Shown here piece by piece: positions 7,584-11,676 of a stretch of 11,676 nt of DNA (within the stretch, counting starts at the first letter, position 1; each line of letters starts with the position of its first letter). A program made the position numbers and the translations under genes. Below the pieces are notes generated by a model. It was not told the DNA's origin. It worked only from the letters and a program-made list of their open reading frames with translations, and searched no databases. This DNA comes from Octopus sinensis (taxonomy: Eukaryota): the NCBI RefSeq assembly GCF_006345805.1, contig NW_021826934.1, forward strand, positions 1 to 11,676, given 5' to 3'.

Positions 7584-8451
7584 ATTGACTAAAATATATA
7601 AGAGCATAAAATATTGATTTAAATAGAATAATTTTTATGAACTAAAAAAATTATGAAAAAACATACAACAACCATAATAGTGTGCCGCTATAATAAAAAC
7701 CGTAATATATATTATTAAAATCAAAATAATAAAAATTTCAATATAAATAATTAAAAATCATTTTAAAATAAAATACAATAGTTCATGCGGTTGGGTTCAA
7801 AAATTGATAATGGATGTTCATGTCGTCATCAAATAATAATTATGTTCCAGTAAAAATAGCAATAAAATTTTTATAATCTCCGTGATTATGACCGAAAAAA
7901 CTATAAAAGACGAAAAATGTAATCATCAGTAGATCAACCATTGTTTTTTTCTAATTAATAAGTATATATTCGCTAAGGGCACCTAAGGATAAAACTTGCA
8001 TACGTCATATTAGAATCGTAATTGTTGCATTTTTGACACCTTGATTTTTAATTCAATGCGACAAACTTACTCATTTAGACTTCACCACCATGTAAAAAAC
8101 TGTGAAAGAAACAGCAGCCGTTAGTGGCGTATTCTGACAATGCCGATCCTTGATTTCGAAGGACGAAGATAGTGGGGTGCATTATATTTAAATGAGCCAC
8201 AGTTTTTTTAGTTCTAGGTTTCATCCAAACTGTGTTTGAAATGGCAACTTCCTAGAACATAGTAGTCCTCATTTTTATGAGAGGAAAGATTCAGTGTGGT
8301 GGACCTTGGAGGATGTCAGCCAAGGATTTTGTTTGATGCAACCTATCTGATCAAATAGGCTGACATTTAACAATTTGATATTCATAGTTAAATAATCATA
8401 GTCATATATTTAATTGTTCACTATGTTCTATCTTGTAGTGCGTGCCCTAGA

Positions 8452-8490
8452 AGGTGGAGGTCCAGCGCCTCTCGCTGATTAAATGTCAGG
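8452..8490 (-). repeat. Dispersed ~39-bp motif, inverted copy of 268-305
   Basis: The reverse complement cctgacatttaatcagcgagaggcgctggacctccacct matches cctgacgtttactcagcgagagacgctggcctgcacct at 34 of 39 aligned positions. Confidence 0.85.
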
Positions 8491-8719
8491 TAGTAAAAAC
8501 AGATAAATATTTAGTTGCTTGCCATAACGTCTATACCATTTTCAAGTCAATTTGTTTATTACAAACTTCAAAAAACAAATTTTCAAGTACAAACTTCAAA
8601 TTGTAATTACGAAAGTCAATGTTGGATATAACAAATTTTTCGTCAAAATACATTAAAAATTGTTTTAGATGACTGAAAAAAACAAGAAATCGCAAATACA
8701 GTGGTAAAACAAAAAAATA

Positions 8720-9337
8720 ATAATTGAAACACACGAAAAATCTTTGTACAACATAGAATTTATTTGAGCCCTAGAGATAAAGATCATTTGCCAATGTGTC
8801 AACTTAAAAGAGGACTAGTATTCATCTCACATAACGTGAGAAAATGCTTGTTCAATTTATAAGATATGGAAAAGAAATCATACTATGGCCTAATAAGAGA
8901 TAAGATTCTGCGGCACTGAAAGCAAGGATTTTCAAGAAAATGCATCTGGCTGAAATCTTAGCATCTATTAGTAACAAGTACAGACTCGATGCTTTTCGAA
9001 TTATAAGATTAAAGAAAAATAGGTGCATTCGACACTTTTTAACTGTCTAGAAGACATCAATACAGACATCTTCGGATCTGCTTAGTGGCTTGTGCAAGAA
9101 AAAAATTCACCTAAAATTAAAAGAATGCTATTTTCTGTAAAAAAACCTTCTTTGGTCCATTCAAAGACAGATTCGTGCTAAAATGTTGATTGAAGCACTG
9201 AAGAAGGGTAGGCATCATGAGAGCCCTTTCCAATACATGGGACCGTCAACATTCCCTCAATTTGGAGGTACGATAAAAGCATATATTCGCAGTATTATGA
9301 TAAGGAAAACCTTGAAAAATATGCTATTTGAATACAC
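8720..9337 (+). mobile_element. Decayed R4-like REL non-LTR retrotransposon (copy 3), left part, interrupted by the hAT element
   Basis: Motifs: RKIFVQHRIYLSPRDKDHL..QLKRGL (~8730-8820), KMHLAEILASISNKYRL (~8935-8990), HSTLFNCLEDINTDIFGSA*WLVQEKNSP (~9025-9115), NTWD (~9232) and IKAYIRSIMIRKTLKNMLFEYT (to 9337). Most of the zinc-knuckle/endonuclease segment is missing. Confidence 0.75.
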
Positions 9338-11162
9338 CAGGGGTGGCCAACCTTTTTCACCGGCGAGCTACTTTTCATTTTGCGATTTTTTGGAGATCGA
9401 TTTATATATTTTAATATCAAAAATTTTATTTTACAATTAAAAATTAATGCGATTTTTGGCATTGTAATTCACTTGCGATTATTTCAATCTTCGATCAACG
9501 TCAAAAATCTTGCTAAATTCTTCTGAAATATTTTCGATGTCTACATCCATGAACGGAGAAACAAAGAAACTGCATAATATAGTAATTTTCTTGAAATCGC
9601 TAAATCTGTTATTAAACTCGTTCATTATTTTTTCTAGTACCATAGCAAATTCATTGACATAATGATTTTTATTCACAAGTTGTTTTGTGAATTCATCTTC
9701 AATGTTAGGAAAATGGGTAAAATTTTCTTTTCTGATTTGAGATATCCATAATTCCAACTTCATTATGAAAGCATTTATTGAACTGATCATATCGATAATA
9801 TATCTATTCTTTCCCTGTAATTCTAAATTGAGTTCATTCAGTTTGCTGGTAATATCGGTTAAAAATGCCAAGTTTATTAGCCAAACAGGATTTTCAAGAA
9901 AATGCCAATTCTTGTTGTTTTCTTTAGAAAATTCTTTAATGTATGATAATAATTCTCTGAAACGACTGAGAATTAATCCCTTGCTTAACCATCTTATGTC
10001 ACAATGTAAAGGTAGATCGCCATAGATTGCATCGACTTGTTCTAGAAAAAGTCGAAATAATCTTCTTTGTAGGGGCTTGGCTCGGATGGAATTAATAATT
10101 TTAACTGTTGTCTCCATAACATAGTTAAAATTTAACATTTTCCCACATAATGCATGTTGGTGAATGATGCAATGATATGATAAAAATTTCGGAAAATGTT
10201 CATCTTTCCGACAAAATGCAATAAATCCATTTTGATTCCCAATCATTGCAGGGGCTCCATCTGTTGTTATGGATACAAGTTTCTTCATTAACGGTAATAA
10301 TTCGAATGATAACAAAAACGTTTTGAAAGAATTATAAATATTTTCACCAGTTGTTCTTTCTTTCATAGGTATAATAGCAAATAACTCTTCCTTGACAATT
10401 AGATCATGGAAGATTAAACGGGAAAATACACATAGTTGGGCGATATCAATAGCATCGTTTGATTCGTCAAACTGTAGAGAAAAACACGAACATGCGTAAA
10501 GATCCTTTTTTAACTGCGAAAGAAGATTTTCAGAAATGCTTTCAGCCCTTCTGACAATTGACTGTTTTGAGAGCTGAAGCTCTTTGATGCAATTTGAAAT
10601 TTCCTGTTTATTTTTCATACCATCAAATAGTGAATCGGCAGCTTCCAAAAAACAAGATTTTAAAATTTCCCCATCAGTGAAAGGTTTTTTGTGTTTTACG
10701 AGGAGACGAGTCACTCGCAATGATGCAATTGTTGCAGATCTGGACGAATTAATAAACTTTTTCAAAATTGTATGTTGTGAAAAAAAGATTTTTTTAATTG
10801 TTCAACTTTCTCTTCCCGTAATAAGGAATTTAAAGGAAAGTGTTTGTTGAACTCGGGATGTAAAGAATTAAAATGCCGACAAAGATTTCCCCTTTTTGGT
10901 AATGAAATGATTTTATTGCATAGCATACATGTGCATTTTTCCATATGCATCGTAAAAATATAGTCTTTTTCCCATTTGGCATTAAATTTATATGATTTGG
11001 ACTTTTTGTTACACCTCATAACAAGACACGTGAAAAATACTTACTTTAATATTGATAAATATTTTTTTTATAATAATTTAAATACAAAAAAAATAATTAG
11101 CAATTTATATATCGAGCGATCGACCACGAAACATGCCGCGATCGACTGGTTGGCCACCCCTG
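9338..11162 (-). mobile_element. hAT DNA transposon (Buster/Charlie/SPIN, GTF2IRD2-like), 1825 bp, with both TIRs and TSD; internally deleted
   Basis: Perfect 15-bp TIRs caggggtggccaacc (9338-9352) and ggttggccacccctg (11148-11162). Identical 8-bp TSD gaatacac at 9330-9337 and 11163-11170, with the central TA typical of Buster-type targets. Subterminal repeats gcgatcgac at 11116 and 11138. Confidence 0.97.
9479..11019 (-). CDS. hAT transposase (BED zinc finger, DUF4371-like region, catalytic core), frameshifted and C-terminally truncated
   Basis: ORF 11019-10762 (CMLC...RHFNSLH BED finger) joins ORF 10765-9479 by one extra base in the A7 run at 10780-10786. Motifs present: SLQFDES, TTDGAPAM, HCIIHQHALC, HCDIRWLSKG, LAFLTDITSKLNELNLELQG. 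The C-terminal dimerisation domain with the catalytic Glu (STY.CE..FS) is absent. Confidence 0.92.
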
Positions 11163-11170
11163 GAATACAC

Positions 11171-11275
11171 AAATGAGTCAATTGAGAAGGATGACCGTGA
11201 ACAGATTGAAATCAACAATTTGACGATTGAAGAAAGAATTCAATATTTTGGAATAAAGACCTCCAACTCCAAATA
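11171..11275 (+). mobile_element. R4-like retrotransposon copy 3, right part (C-terminal tail after the hAT insertion)
   Basis: Removing the hAT and one TSD restores an open frame ...KTLKNMLFEYT|NESIEKDDREQIEINNLTIEERIQYFGIKTSNSK*. Confidence 0.6.
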
Positions 11276-11676
11276 GAAGTCGTTGGAAGATCTTGTGACT
11301 TGGAGGAGACTGAGAGGAGGTTGGAGAGTACCTCAAAAAAAGACCTGGAGATTAAAAATTTTGTTGAATTCCTGTTCATATTTAAAAACTAATCTAGTTA
11401 ATAAATAAGTGATCAAGTATTTAATTCAGAAAACCTTAGAGAAATTTTGCGAATTGTTTCTTTTTTCGAGACAAAAAACTGATTTTTTCTCTTATCAAAT
11501 AAGAAGTTTCAACTAAAACGAGTATTAAAACAACGCGATACAGAAGCCATTTGTAATTTTTTTTTGTAATCAGTTATTAGAACTGTTGTACTAAAAAGCA
11601 AATTTAATCGATAATAAGTCGGAGAACCTTTTGTAACAGTCAAGAAAATTTTCGGGGATCTTTAATGACTTGAAAA

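Noticed and set aside
8050-8340. Minus-strand WLTSSKV..TESFL and KKTVAHL, reminiscent of the region before a REL zinc knuckle
   Set aside because: The motifs lie in different frames with many stops and no clear CCHC. Needs a frameshift-aware search.
8360-8530. Resemblance of ggtccagcgcctctcgctga to the HDV ribozyme core, and of ctgagta/ctgatta to a hammerhead core
   Set aside because: No downstream complement for P2 and no proper 7-bp P1. The hammerhead CUGANGA is not matched, and GAAA is missing in this copy.
8531-8734. 67-aa hydrophobic minus-strand ORF
   Set aside because: Low-complexity AT-rich translation with no family motif or convincing splice model.
9765-11176. Plus-strand ORFs 9765-10025, 10584-10850, 10976-11176
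   Set aside because: Antisense shadows of the hAT transposase and its terminus, with no motifs.
11440-11676. Minus-strand peptide SRCFNTRFS, vaguely like the hAT TRW motif
   Set aside because: A single weak word with stops nearby, at the window edge; not supportable.

Overview
AT-rich eukaryotic genomic DNA, not prokaryotic, and the six-frame ORF track is misleading because the host genes are split by very small GT-AG introns (23-40 nt). I could reconstruct two host genes on the minus strand. One is a complete 8-exon REEP1-4-type (TB2/DP1/HVA22) gene at 6699-7583. The other is the 5' part of an IFT74-like gene at 349-698. An intron-containing CAF1/CNOT7-like deadenylase fragment is duplicated inside a ~503-bp tandem repeat (3346-4382). 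The rest is mostly transposon debris: three decayed plus-strand copies of an R4-like REL non-LTR retrotransposon, a GC-rich CRE-like retrotransposon 3' fragment, a pogo/Tigger remnant, and a young hAT (Buster/SPIN/Charlie-type) element. The hAT has perfect 15-bp TIRs and an 8-bp TSD (GAATACAC) and is nested inside one of the retrotransposon copies. A 9x21-bp minisatellite lies at 4403-4591. Tiny introns, animal-type REEP exon structure and a ciliary gene suggest a ciliated, genome-compacted animal such as a dicyemid mesozoan, but this is inference. Several frameshifts are 1-2 nt deficits in short base runs and may be sequencing errors. All family assignments come from motif recognition by eye and recalled consensus sequences, not database searches. 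I did not find a clearly novel multi-gene system.
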